NCBI GenBank assembly: GCA_963719315.1
Contig: CAVRBU010000002.1
Coordinates: 1,408,001-1,472,000, forward strand
DNA from: an uncultured Planctomycetota bacterium
Lineage (GTDB): Bacteria; Planctomycetota; Planctomycetia; Pirellulales; Lacipirellulaceae
DNA length: 64,000 nucleotides
Direction: 5' to 3'
The notes below the pieces were generated by a model. The model was not told where the DNA came from. It ran no database searches and saw nothing but the letters and a program-made list of their open reading frames with translations. A program made the translations under genes and the position numbers. Shown here piece after piece: positions 1 to 10,753 of this stretch. How positions within the stretch are numbered: position 1 is the stretch's first letter; every line of letters starts with the position of its first letter.

Positions 1-62
1 GTTCGACCATGATTCGCTGTCTTTATTCGACCCTGATACCGATCACGCTTGAAGTCAACCAA

Positions 63-911
63 TTAAGGCGAAAACGAAAATGGTACGGCTGTAAACCCCA
101 CTGGCACGAACAGCAGACTCACCCAACCCAAGAAAATTCGCACTTTTCCAAGCGGCACTTCGTCGTTGGCAGTCGGAGGATGAATCGGCCCTATCAACAT
201 CAGTAGCAAGATCATGAGCGTCCAACCCCAATACCCGAACAGGACAACACCGATCATCGCCGCGACAAGCAGTACCTGGGCGATCGGGTGAGCTCGCTTC
301 AATAACAAGGCGTAGAGGACGTGCCCTCCGTCCAGTTGTCCAATGGGGAACAAGTTTAGCGCCGTGATGAAAATTCCCACCCAGCCGGCGAATGCAATTG
401 GGTGCAACGCAACCTCCTGGCCCGCTGGCAAAGGACCAAAGGTTAGATATGTCAACAATTTGAAAAAGAGCGGTTCGCCCAAGGTTAGCCCGAACTGCGA
501 CGCGGTGGCTGGTACGACGTGAGACCAGCGAAGACCAATGATGGAAAACAGTAATGCGGGGACCAATCCCGCCAGGGGCCCGCTGATGGCGATATCGAAT
601 AACGTGCGGCGATTGCCGACGCCTGGTTGCATAACGATTACTGCGCCCATCGTCCCGATCGGTGAAGCGGGCATGGGAATGAAATACGGCAGACTCGCCG
701 GTACCCCATACCGACTGGCCTGAATGAAGTGTCCTAACTCATGGGTCAATAACGTGGTCATGACGGCCAGCGCAAAGGCCGCCCCGCCCACTAGCCAGGT
801 GCTCAAACAAGTCGCTAAGAACAGCAGAATGGGCAACAATATTCGTCGACCTCTACGCCGCGCTGCCGGCGGCATTTGTGCAATCTCTGCATTTCGACCC
901 TGCTCTTCCAT
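63..911 (-). CDS. Site-2 protease (peptidase M50) membrane metalloprotease
   Basis: HELGH zinc motif and NLFPIGQLDGG motif; multiple TM segments. Confidence 0.9.
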   Translation of the reverse strand: MEEQGRNAEIAQMPPAARRRGRRILLPILLFLATCLSTWLVGGAAFALAVMTTLLTHELGHFIQASRYGVPASLPYFIPMPASPIGTMGAVIVMQPGVGNRRTLFDIAISGPLAGLVPALLFSIIGLRWSHVVPATASQFGLTLGEPLFFKLLTYLTFGPLPAGQEVALHPIAFAGWVGIFITALNLFPIGQLDGGHVLYALLLKRAHPIAQVLLVAAMIGVVLFGYWGWTLMILLLMLIGPIHPPTANDEVPLGKVRIFLGWVSLLFVPVGFTAVPFSFSP

Positions 912-1254
912 TTGTCATCCCATGGGGGTTGTCGGTCACTTTGACCATGCAGTTTCGAGGCCAATACCAAACGGCGCGGAAAGTGAGCATTCTATTCCCT
1001 AGCCGACGAGCTTGGCATGCCACTTGCAATTTCGTACAAATACTAGCGCCTGTGGACGGCGAATTGCCGGCCGGGCCTATCGCCTGGCGATAGGACAAGC
1101 TGAAATCCTCCGATCCATGGAGTTCGACGCTTCAGTAGTTCTGAACGAGTTGATGCCAGCTTGGTTAGGCGTTAACCGTCAAGCGAACGATGGTGTTAGT
1201 GATTTTTTTCTCGATTACGATCCAAGTTGGTGTTTTATGAGAAAGGAGTAGATC

Positions 1255-1773
1255 ATGGCAGACTCTAAACAGAAAATCGAGCGTGTAAACAAGAACGGCA
1301 ATAAATCCGGGAATGGAAGTCGCACCGCATTGGCGACAACTCGCCCACACCAAGCCGGGCTCCGCTTCGGACCGCTGGGTCGCTTGCGTAGCGAATTCGA
1401 TCGCGTGTTCGACGATCTGCTTCGAGGTTGGCCGAGCAGTTGGGGCGAAGAACCATCCTGGATGGCTGGAGTCGATCTGCGGGAGCGCGATGACGCCGTT
1501 GTCGTCCGGGCCGACGCCCCAGGTTTTGAGCCTGGCGACTTCGATGTGGAAATCCGTGGAGACAATCTCGTCCTCTGCGCATGTCAAAGCGAAGAATCGT
1601 CGGAGGAGGATCAAGGGATGCACTGGGAGAAGCGCGAACTCTACCAGTCGATTCCACTTCCGTCCGCCGTCAATGCCGAGCAGATAGACGCTCACTACCG
1701 CAACGGTGTGTTGACGATTACACTTCCCAAAACGGAACAAGCAAGGAGCAAGAAAATCGAAATCAAAAGTTAA
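1255..1773 (+). CDS. Small heat-shock protein (Hsp20/alpha-crystallin)
   Basis: AHYRNGVLTITLPK motif and C-terminal IEI; AGGAG RBS. Confidence 0.92.
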   Translation: MADSKQKIERVNKNGNKSGNGSRTALATTRPHQAGLRFGPLGRLRSEFDRVFDDLLRGWPSSWGEEPSWMAGVDLRERDDAVVVRADAPGFEPGDFDVEIRGDNLVLCACQSEESSEEDQGMHWEKRELYQSIPLPSAVNAEQIDAHYRNGVLTITLPKTEQARSKKIEIKS

Positions 1774-1899
1774 CGTCCAAGAAATCAGGATAGCAGTTCA
1801 AGTCATGAACGAGGGGTCTGTGGGCCACGCGGGAATACCGCAGCGCTATTTTCGCTGACGCTTCGCTCCAGTGGGTGCTTTCGTGAACTTGAGCCGATA

Positions 1900-3132
1900 A
1901 TGATGAAGATTGCCATCAACGGCGCAGGCATCGCTGGGCCAACACTCGCCTATTGGCTCGTTCGCTCGGGCCATGAACCCGTACTCATCGAGCAGGCCCC
2001 AAAGTTCCGCACCGGCGGCTACATGATCGATTTTTGGGGTGTCGGCTACACGATCGCGGAACGCATGGGGATCTTGCCGAAAGTTCGCGAATCCGGCTAT
2101 TCGGTTCAGGAAGTTCGATTCGTCGACGATCGCGGCCGCAAATCGGGCGGATTCTCAACCGCTCTCTTCCGGCCAATGACCAACGATCGATTCACCAGCC
2201 TGCCTCGCGGAGATTTGGCCAACGCTATCTATGAGACCATCGAAGATTGCGTCGAAACCAGCTTCGACAACAGCATTGCGTCCATCGAGCAGCGCAGCTC
2301 CGGGGTCAGTGTCGGCTTCGAGCATGGTCCCCCGCGCGAGTTCGATCTTGTCGTCGGCGCCGATGGACTGCACTCGCGGGTGCGCGAGCTTGTTTTTGGT
2401 CCGGAAAGCGAATTCGAAAAGTCACTCGGCTATCATGTTGCCGCGTTTGAAGTTGAAGGATATCGTCCGCGCGATGAGTTGATCTATGTCGGCTATGCGA
2501 CGCCCGGACAGCAAATCGCGCGATTCTCGCTCCGCAACGATCGGACGATGTTTCTCTTCGTCTTCACGAACGACAAACTGCCCGCCCATTTTCCACGCAA
2601 CGCCAATGAACGCAAAGACATCCTGCATCGCGTTTTCGGTGACGCCGGTTGGGAGTGTCCGCAAATCCTGATGGCGATGGATCGCGTCGAAGACATCTAT
2701 TTCGACCGAGTCAGCCAGATCCGAATGAACGCCTGGTCAATGGGACGCGTCATGCTGCTCGGCGATGCGGCATCGTGCGTCTCGCTACTCGCCGGCGAGG
2801 GGGCGGGACTGGCTATGGCAGAAGCCTACGTCCTCGCGGGAGAATTGAACCTGGCGAATGGCGACTACACTCAGGCCTTTCATCGGCACGAGCAGCGGTT
2901 GCGATCGTTCATCGAGGCGAAGCAGCAATCCGCTTACGATTCCGCCTCCGCCTTTGCGCCCCGAACGCGAACTGGCCTGTGGTTTCGTAATTTCATTTCA
3001 AAGCTGCTAAGCATTCCCGTAGTCGCGAACTACTATATCGGACGACAACTTCAAGACGACTTCGACCTGCCAGAATACGAGCTGCGCACTGCACCGAACT
3101 CGCAATCTCCAGAAGCGGCTTCAAAACGGTAG
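1900..3132 (+). CDS. FAD-dependent monooxygenase/oxidoreductase
   Basis: GAGIAG, DLVVGADG and LLGDAA FAD motifs. Confidence 0.9.
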   Translation: MMKIAINGAGIAGPTLAYWLVRSGHEPVLIEQAPKFRTGGYMIDFWGVGYTIAERMGILPKVRESGYSVQEVRFVDDRGRKSGGFSTALFRPMTNDRFTSLPRGDLANAIYETIEDCVETSFDNSIASIEQRSSGVSVGFEHGPPREFDLVVGADGLHSRVRELVFGPESEFEKSLGYHVAAFEVEGYRPRDELIYVGYATPGQQIARFSLRNDRTMFLFVFTNDKLPAHFPRNANERKDILHRVFGDAGWECPQILMAMDRVEDIYFDRVSQIRMNAWSMGRVMLLGDAASCVSLLAGEGAGLAMAEAYVLAGELNLANGDYTQAFHRHEQRLRSFIEAKQQSAYDSASAFAPRTRTGLWFRNFISKLLSIPVVANYYIGRQLQDDFDLPEYELRTAPNSQSPEAASKR

Positions 3133-3340
3133 CTGGAATTGCAAGAATTCAGAGAAGATCGCAAAGCACTGAATTTTTTCAAATTCGGCTACCACATAAA
3201 TCGGTTCTAATGCTGCTTCTAGTATTGTGATGGTTGGCAGGTCATTCTGAATGTTGCTGAAATGAGGCCACCACGGTATCGTGGAAATCCCTCGCAGTGC
3301 ACACGGCCAACGCTGCGATGTGTGCGCCGGAGGGACTTCG

Positions 3341-5200
3341 ATGAGCCAAGACGCCAAACCGCGGAGAAGAGCCCTCGGCTTGCTCAGCTTTTATGCGTGG
3401 TCCGTGGTAATCGGCGCCGTCGGAGCACTGGGGGCGATCGTTTTCCGTGGCCTGATCGCCTTCTTTCACAACCTGCTCTTTCTCGGGCAATGGTCGCTCG
3501 TATACGACGCGAACCTTCACACCCCGCCCAGTCCTTGGGGCCCGTTGATCATTTTAGTGCCAGTAATCGGTGCGGTAGGCGTCGCGTTTCTCGTCGGCAA
3601 CTTTGCTCCGGAAGCAAAAGGGCATGGCGTGCCCGAAGTAATGGATGCGATCTATTACCACAAAGGAGTTATCCGGCCCGTCGTTGCGCTGATCAAGTCG
3701 CTGGCTTCTGCGCTGTCCATCGGCAGCGGCGGTTCGATTGGCCGCGAGGGACCGATCGTCCAGATCGGCTCCTCTTTCGGCTCGACGATCGGTCAGATAC
3801 TTCGCTTGCCGACTTGGCAGACCATTACGCTGATCGCGGCAGGCGGTGGCGCCGGGATCGCCGCTACTTTCAACACGCCAATTGGCGGAGTGCTCTTCGC
3901 CGTCGAGATCATGCTCCACGAAGTTAGTGCGCGAACGTTGGTCCCCGTGACGATCGCCACGGTCACCTCGTCCTATATCGGCCGGCTTGCGTTCGGCGAT
4001 CACCCCTCCTTCGTGATTCCGCCGCTCATGTTATCCACCAGGCATGTCACGGATTGGTTCGTGCTGCTGCTCTACGCCGGTATGGGAATACTCGCCGGCC
4101 TGGTCTCCCTGGCGTACATCCGGTGCATCTATGGCTGCGAAGACTTTTTCGATAAGCGAGTTCCCGGAAATTACTACAGCCGCCACATGCTCGGCATGTT
4201 GGGTGTAGGCGCAATCATGTACTCTGTTTTCCTCGGGACGGGGAATTATTCCGTCCAAGGGGTCGGGTATGCCACAATTCAAGACATACTCTCGGGGCAC
4301 GTGTCCTGGTTCCTATTCGTTCTATTTGTTTTGAAGCTAGTGACCACATCGCTCACGCTTGGGTCCGGCGCGTCGGGCGGCGTGTTTTCCCCCGCGCTGT
4401 TCATGGGCGCAACACTGGGAGGCGTCTACGGATTGGCGATGCACCGCCTGTTTCCAAGCATGCCAATCGATCCCGCCGCCTTTGCCGTCGCAGGTATGGC
4501 AGGAGTGGTTGGCGGCTCAACTGGCGCAGCGCTAGCCGCTGTGGTCATGATTTTCGAGATGACCCAAGACTACGCGGTTATTATCCCCATGACCATCGTC
4601 GTTGCGCTCAGCTACGGCATTCGTAAGGCGCTGCTGCCCCAAAGCATCTACACCTTGAAACTGACTCGCCGCGGGCACGACATCCCCGACGCGCTCCAAG
4701 CCAACTTCTTTCATCTCAGAAGAGTGCGGGAAATCATGGATAATCATTTCGTAGCCGTACCGGCCGACGGCGTGCTGGACGACTTCGTTCGGATTGCAAC
4801 CAAGCAGCCACAAGTAACGTGTTTCTTGGTCGAAGGGCGCGAAGGACTGGTTGGCTTTTTGACGCGCGACAGGGCCCTGTGTAGCCCCGATCAGCATGCG
4901 GGGCCCCAAGTGCTAAGCGAACTCGCCGATCACAAATTCATCGTCGTCGGAGAGGACACACTGCTGCTTGATGTGATTTCTCACTTGCAGGCTACCGGCG
5001 CCTCGGTCGCGATCGTAACAGATGGCTCAGATAACGCGCAACTCGGAGATGTACGCGGTTTGATCACCAAAGACCAAATCGCCAACGCCGTGATTGACGA
5101 CATGGAGTTGTTTTCGGAACTACCAATCAATTCAGATGCACAAAGCGTGAACTTGACCGTTTCTAACGGCGCGGTGTCGGATCCGGATCTCCGCAGTTAG
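3341..5200 (+). CDS. CLC chloride channel protein with C-terminal CBS domains
   Basis: GHGVPE, GREGP and GGVFSP CLC motifs; start chosen after GGAGG RBS. Confidence 0.9.
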   Translation: MSQDAKPRRRALGLLSFYAWSVVIGAVGALGAIVFRGLIAFFHNLLFLGQWSLVYDANLHTPPSPWGPLIILVPVIGAVGVAFLVGNFAPEAKGHGVPEVMDAIYYHKGVIRPVVALIKSLASALSIGSGGSIGREGPIVQIGSSFGSTIGQILRLPTWQTITLIAAGGGAGIAATFNTPIGGVLFAVEIMLHEVSARTLVPVTIATVTSSYIGRLAFGDHPSFVIPPLMLSTRHVTDWFVLLLYAGMGILAGLVSLAYIRCIYGCEDFFDKRVPGNYYSRHMLGMLGVGAIMYSVFLGTGNYSVQGVGYATIQDILSGHVSWFLFVLFVLKLVTTSLTLGSGASGGVFSPALFMGATLGGVYGLAMHRLFPSMPIDPAAFAVAGMAGVVGGSTGAALAAVVMIFEMTQDYAVIIPMTIVVALSYGIRKALLPQSIYTLKLTRRGHDIPDALQANFFHLRRVREIMDNHFVAVPADGVLDDFVRIATKQPQVTCFLVEGREGLVGFLTRDRALCSPDQHAGPQVLSELADHKFIVVGEDTLLLDVISHLQATGASVAIVTDGSDNAQLGDVRGLITKDQIANAVIDDMELFSELPINSDAQSVNLTVSNGAVSDPDLRS

Positions 5201-5600
5201 AAGATTCCTGGTTAGAAATCACCGGCCCGCATTGGCCGTGAAATTCAGTTGGGGGAGGCCGCCGCGCATGAAGATCGCGGCCCGATCGATCGGAGCGCCG
5301 CAGGAGCCGATCCACCCAAAAATCTACTGAACAGCGGAATTCGGTAAAGCAACTGTCAATTGCGCATAGGGCATTGTTGGCAAACACCCGCAGAACTCTC
5401 CCGGCGGCTGCGGCGTATCACGCATATGGCGGTTTACGGCGCCCCTAGGCTCCCCGCTTTCCCTCGTCTCAGACTACGAGATCGTGGTACGAACTCCTAC
5501 TTCGATCATCTCGGACGGGTGAACCAACTGGCTATTTTCACACTAGGTATCTTGACTTTTTATTTGGCGCTTTTGAGCGTAATTTATCGAGGAACAAAGC

Positions 5601-6611
5601 ATGGCTCCGGAAACCCAGACTACCCACACGCAGATTGAAGCTCTGTCGCAGAAAATCAAGGTACACAGCAAGCCTTTCCGGCAATTGATCGCCGAGGTCG
5701 GCAATACGATCGTCGGCCAAGAAGTCCTCATTCATCGGATGCTAGTCGGGTTGCTCGCCAATGGTCATCTGTTGATCGAGGGTGTACCCGGACTGGCAAA
5801 AACCACCGCCGTGGCCTGTCTGGCCAAGGCGATTCGGACTGGCTTTCAACGTTTACAGTTCACACCCGATCTGCTGCCCGCCGACCTGATCGGAACCCTA
5901 ATTTACAGGCCGCAGGAGCAGCAATTCGTTGTTCAGAAGGGGCCCATCTTTTCGAACCTCATTCTCGCCGACGAGATCAACCGCGCTCCCGCGAAAGTGC
6001 AAAGTGCCCTTCTGGAAGCAATGCAAGAGCGACAGGTGACCATCGGAACTCGCACCTATCCGCTGGATGACCCGTTCCTGGTGATGGCAACACAAAACCC
6101 GATTGAGCAAGAAGGAACCTATCCGTTGCCGGAAGCCCAAATGGATCGCTTCATGCTCAAGGTCCTTGTGGGCTACCCGAATCGCGACCAGGAACTACAG
6201 ATTCTCGAGCGGATGTCCAAGACCCGCTCGAATATCACGACGCGCCCCGTTACCAGTCCGGACGAGATCATGTCCGCTCGCACGCTAGTCGACGAGATCT
6301 ACGTCGACCGCAAAATAAAAGAATACATCGTCGACCTTGTGATGGCGACGCGGCAGCCAAAAGCGTACGGACTGGCGCTCGATGGGCTGATTCAATACGG
6401 AGCGTCGCCGCGGGCAACGATTTATCTGACGCTCGCGGCGAAGGCAAATGCCTTCCTGCATGGTCGCGGCCACGTGCTGCCGCAAGACGTCAAAGAAATG
6501 GCGCTCGATGTGTTGCGGCATCGAGTAATTCTCACCTACGAAGCCGAGGCGGAGGAAAAGACGTCGGAGCATGTAATCCGAACCGTTTTGGATGCTATCC
6601 CCGTGCCGTAA
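5601..6611 (+). CDS. moxR: MoxR-family AAA+ ATPase
   Basis: GVPGLAKT Walker A, DEINRA, ATQNPIEQEGTYPLPEAQMDRF. Confidence 0.95.
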   Translation: MAPETQTTHTQIEALSQKIKVHSKPFRQLIAEVGNTIVGQEVLIHRMLVGLLANGHLLIEGVPGLAKTTAVACLAKAIRTGFQRLQFTPDLLPADLIGTLIYRPQEQQFVVQKGPIFSNLILADEINRAPAKVQSALLEAMQERQVTIGTRTYPLDDPFLVMATQNPIEQEGTYPLPEAQMDRFMLKVLVGYPNRDQELQILERMSKTRSNITTRPVTSPDEIMSARTLVDEIYVDRKIKEYIVDLVMATRQPKAYGLALDGLIQYGASPRATIYLTLAAKANAFLHGRGHVLPQDVKEMALDVLRHRVILTYEAEAEEKTSEHVIRTVLDAIPVP

Positions 6612-6665
6612 TGCTTGCCGACCGGTCCGCCTCATTTTCAATTTGATTGATACACCCAATCCCCA

Positions 6666-7541
6666 ATGCTCCCTCGCGACATCATCAAGAAGATTCGCCG
6701 CATCGAGATTCATACCTCGCACATCGTGGATGAGCTCCTGGCGGGACAATGGAACTCGGCATTTCGCGGAAGCGGAATCGAGTTCGAGGAAGTCCGGCCC
6801 TATGAGTTCGGCGACGACGTGCGGGCGATCGATTGGAACGTGACGGCCCGCACCGGCCGGCCGTTCATCAAGCTCTTTCGCCAAGAGCGCGAAATGGCCG
6901 TGATGCTCCTCGTGGATCTCAGCGCTTCGCAAGGCTTGGGATCCCAATGGCAGACAAAACGCGAACTCGTGACCGAATTGAGCGCTACGCTGGCATTTTC
7001 TGCCATCAAGAATAACGATCGGGTGGGGTTGACGCTGTTCACCGACGCCATCGAGAAGTTTGTGCCCACGCGAAAGGGAACGCGCCACGTATTGCGGATC
7101 ATTCGCGAACTGCTTTACTGCGAGCCGATCGGGCAAGGCACCAGCTTGCGGAAGGCGTTGGAACATCTCAACCGGACGTCCTCGCGGCGGGCGGTCGTAT
7201 TCCTCATCAGCGATTTTCAGGACTCCGGCTTCGAGAAAACGCTGAAAGTCGCGCGCCGCAAACACGATGTGATTCCGGTCGTGATTGCCGACGAGCTCGA
7301 ATTGACGATGCCCAAGGTGGGCTTGGTTCGCCTCCGCGACGCGGAGACCGGCCAAATGATCACACTCGACACTTTCAGCCGGGCCAATCGCCGGGCGTAC
7401 GAAGAGTACGCTCGCCGACGAATTGCGGAAAGGGACGCGTTGTTTTGCAAGCTGCGCCTCGATCCGATCCACATCTATACCGGCCAAGACTTCATCGAGC
7501 CGCTCAAGCGGTTCTTCCACAGAAGGGAGAATCGACGATGA
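6666..7541 (+). CDS. DUF58 domain protein (MoxR-associated)
   Basis: GIEFEEVRPY..GDDVRAIDWNVTAR motif; follows moxR. Confidence 0.92.
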   Translation: MLPRDIIKKIRRIEIHTSHIVDELLAGQWNSAFRGSGIEFEEVRPYEFGDDVRAIDWNVTARTGRPFIKLFRQEREMAVMLLVDLSASQGLGSQWQTKRELVTELSATLAFSAIKNNDRVGLTLFTDAIEKFVPTRKGTRHVLRIIRELLYCEPIGQGTSLRKALEHLNRTSSRRAVVFLISDFQDSGFEKTLKVARRKHDVIPVVIADELELTMPKVGLVRLRDAETGQMITLDTFSRANRRAYEEYARRRIAERDALFCKLRLDPIHIYTGQDFIEPLKRFFHRRENRR

Positions 7542-8529
7542 GTCGCGGCTACTTGATTTCAGCGATTGCGACGATATCCCTGATCACTCCCACGATCGTG
7601 CTGGCCGCTGGCGACGGCGTGAAACCTCATCGAACGGTCGCGACCGATGGCACCGCCAAGCTGAGTGTGAGCGTAGACAAATCCGTCGCGCAGGTCGCCG
7701 ATACGATTCAGTTTGTTGTCGAGTTCGAAGCACCTCAGGCGCGCGGGTCGAGATGCCGCAATTGCCGCGACAATGGGGCGAATTCGTAGTCCATGGGGTT
7801 GAGATGTCTAAAAACATTCCATCCTCCGAATCGGCCAACGAGCGCCGCTGGCTGCTGCGAAGCAGGCTGGACACGATCAAGACTGGCGATCACACCATTC
7901 CCTCCATCGAGGTGCAATATCTCGCCGATGCCAAGGCTGCGACATTCAAAACGGTCCGCAGCCAACCCATTCCTATCCGCATTACCAGTGTGCTAGAGAG
8001 TCGCGCTGATCCGACCAAGTTTCGCGACATCAAAGACACGGTTGATCTCCCAGTACCGGAGGTGCATTCCTATGCCTGGATCGGTTGGACGGCCGCCGGC
8101 ACCGGCTCTTTTATGGCTTTTGGGTTGTTGACAGTTCTGTTCGCCCGGCGAAATCGTGGTCCCTCGCCGGCTACATGGGCACTTGCGCAGATCGCAAATT
8201 TAGAACAACTTCGCGCCGGTAACGCAGCCGACGCGGAGTCGATTTACAACGAATTGGTCAACGTCGTCAGTGAATTCTTTGAACTTGAATTCCATGTGCC
8301 CACGCTCTCGCGGACCTCGCGCGAATTCTTGACCCAAGCGGCCCACGAGGTTGGCCTGGCCGAAAAGCCCCGCAAACGGCTCGCTCTTCTGGCCTCGATG
8401 GCGGATAAAATCAAGTTCGCTCGGCTGAGCGTGGGCGACGAACAAATCCGCCAGGCCTTGGAGCACGCCAAGGCGTTCGTCCAGGAGTGCGAACAGCATC
8501 GAGCGGCTGCGGAAGGAAAGGCGGCATGA
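7538..8529 (+). CDS. Bat-operon secreted/membrane protein; frame break near 7740
   Basis: Signal peptide in the 7445 frame continues in the 7423 frame (RVEMPQLP...); one TM helix; overlaps both neighbours by ATGA. Confidence 0.7.
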
Positions 8530-9617
8530 TGTTCTACAGTCCTTGGTTTCTGCTGCTGCTCTTGTTTCTGCCGGTGATTGCCTGGCGACTCTGGAGGCAT
8601 TCGCGCGACGGGGCAGTACCGTTCAGCTCGACGGAGTTTGCGCTCGCTCTGCATCCGACGTGGCGACAAAGACTCGCATGGTTGCCGGGCGCGCTCACGT
8701 TGGCCGCTGTGACGCTGGGGGTAGTTGCGATTGCCCGGCCGCGCGAAGGCCGCGAAGAAACGCTCGTCGATGCCGACGGAATCGCCATCGAAATGGTGAT
8801 CGACCGCTCGGGAAGCATGCGGGCGCTCGACTTTCAGATCGATGGGGAGCACGTCGATCAGTTGACGGCCATCAAAAGTGTCGCCTCGCGTTTCATCCAG
8901 GGCGATGACAAATCGCGCACAGGCACCCGCCTGCCGGGCCGCGTTAGCGATTTGGTTGGCTTGATTACATTCGCCGGATTTGCGGACGCGATTACTCCCC
9001 CTACGCTGGACCACGCGTTCGTCATGGCCCAATTGAATCACCAGGAGATTGCCTCGCGTCGAGATGAAGATGGAACGGCCATCGGCGATGCCATTAGTCT
9101 GGCGGTCGAAAAGCTCAATACTCTCGACAATCGAAAGCACGAGAAATTGAAAAGTAAAGTCGTAATCCTGCTCACCGACGGCGACAACAATGCCGGCGAC
9201 GTCGATCCGCTGCAGGCGGCCGAACTGGCCAAGAAAATGGGAGTCAAGATCTACACGATCGGCGTCGGCACCCGCGGCTCCGCTCCCGTGGTTGTCATGA
9301 ACCCCCTAACAGGACGGAAAGAGATCGAGTGGGCCGAAGTCAACATTGATGAAGACACTCTTCGCAAAATAGCCGCGAGCACCGGCGGCAAATACTTCCG
9401 GGCCACCGACACCGAATCGCTGGCCTCGATCTATCGCGAAATCGACCAACTTGAAAAGACCACCGTCGAGGCTCGCCACTTCGTCGATTACCGCGAACTG
9501 GCCATCCAGCCGACGCATTTAGGCGCCTGGAGCTTACCGCCGCTCGTGCTTATCGCGCTGGGGCTTCTCTCTGCGCGCGTCATCTTGAGCAATACCTTGT
9601 TTCGCGAATTTACCTGA
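8526..9617 (+). CDS. batA: BatA-like vWA domain protein
   Basis: N-terminal TM, DRSGSM MIDAS, GTAIGDAI, LLTDGDNN. Confidence 0.88.
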   Translation: MMFYSPWFLLLLLFLPVIAWRLWRHSRDGAVPFSSTEFALALHPTWRQRLAWLPGALTLAAVTLGVVAIARPREGREETLVDADGIAIEMVIDRSGSMRALDFQIDGEHVDQLTAIKSVASRFIQGDDKSRTGTRLPGRVSDLVGLITFAGFADAITPPTLDHAFVMAQLNHQEIASRRDEDGTAIGDAISLAVEKLNTLDNRKHEKLKSKVVILLTDGDNNAGDVDPLQAAELAKKMGVKIYTIGVGTRGSAPVVVMNPLTGRKEIEWAEVNIDEDTLRKIAASTGGKYFRATDTESLASIYREIDQLEKTTVEARHFVDYRELAIQPTHLGAWSLPPLVLIALGLLSARVILSNTLFREFT

Positions 9618-9640
9618 ACTGCACAATTGCACGTTTTGAC

Positions 9641-10753
9641 ATGGATATTCACTACGGAAATTTGGGCCAACTGAATTGGCTATGGCTTCCCGCGATTTGC
9701 GTTGTGGCGGCGGCGATTGCCGGCTTAGCCCGCCGTCGAGCGAGAGTTCGCTTTGCAACCGCCAATTTGATCCGCCGAGTGCTGCCACCGGCAAGCACGC
9801 TTACCCGCGCCGTCGGCACAACGCTCGTCACGGCCGCCATGGCCATGATGATCCTCGCTCTCGTGGACGTTCGGTGGGGCAAGGTCTGGCGCGACGTACC
9901 TCAAAAGGGAATTGAAGTGATGTTCGTGCTCGATGTCTCCCGGTCCATGCTGGCCGAAGATGCGGGGCCGAATCGGCTGGAACGAGCCAAGCAGCAAATC
10001 AAAGACCTCGTTGACGAAATGGCGGGCGACCGCGTGGGTCTCGTCGTGTTCGCCGGCGACGCGAAGCAACAGATTCCACTCACCACTCATTACGACGATT
10101 TCAAGCAATCGCTTGACGGCGTCGGGCCACACAATGTGCGGAGCGGCGGCTCCCGGCTGGGAGATGCCATCGACGCGGCGTCGCGCGCGTTCCTGACCAA
10201 GTCGAACGCCCACAAAGCCATGGTGATTTTTACGGACGGCGAGGACCAGGAAAGTGAGCCCGTTGCGGCGGCCCGGCGTGCTCATGAGGAGACCGGCGTG
10301 CGGATCTTCACCGTCGGTCTGGGCGATACGCAAACAGGCGCCCGCATACCACTTCGTTCCGCCGACGATGGAAGCGAGTATTTGCAGCATGATGGTCAGC
10401 AAGTGTGGTCCAAACTCCACGGCGAAATCTTGCGCCAAGTAGCAGCGGAAACCAACGGGGCCTATGTTCCCGCCGGCACCAAACAAGTCAACATGGCCGA
10501 CGTCTACCACAGCTACATTGCCGACGTCGAACAAACGGAATTCGAGACCGCGCGTATCAACCAGTACGAGGCGCGATTTCAGTGGTTTCTAGGGGCGGGC
10601 CTGTTGTGCCTCTTGCTTGAGATCGCGATTACCACCTGGCCCGCGCGGTCAGTCGCCTCGGCCAGGCGGGCCGCGGCTCTTGCAAGCAACGGTCGAAACT
10701 CGTGGCAAACGAACCAAACGTCTTCCTCCACCGAACATTCAACCGCCGCATGA
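9641..10753 (+). CDS. batB: BatB-like vWA domain protein
   Basis: DVSRSMLAED..PNRLERAK, FTDGED; operon position. Confidence 0.85.
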   Translation: MDIHYGNLGQLNWLWLPAICVVAAAIAGLARRRARVRFATANLIRRVLPPASTLTRAVGTTLVTAAMAMMILALVDVRWGKVWRDVPQKGIEVMFVLDVSRSMLAEDAGPNRLERAKQQIKDLVDEMAGDRVGLVVFAGDAKQQIPLTTHYDDFKQSLDGVGPHNVRSGGSRLGDAIDAASRAFLTKSNAHKAMVIFTDGEDQESEPVAAARRAHEETGVRIFTVGLGDTQTGARIPLRSADDGSEYLQHDGQQVWSKLHGEILRQVAAETNGAYVPAGTKQVNMADVYHSYIADVEQTEFETARINQYEARFQWFLGAGLLCLLLEIAITTWPARSVASARRAAALASNGRNSWQTNQTSSSTEHSTAA

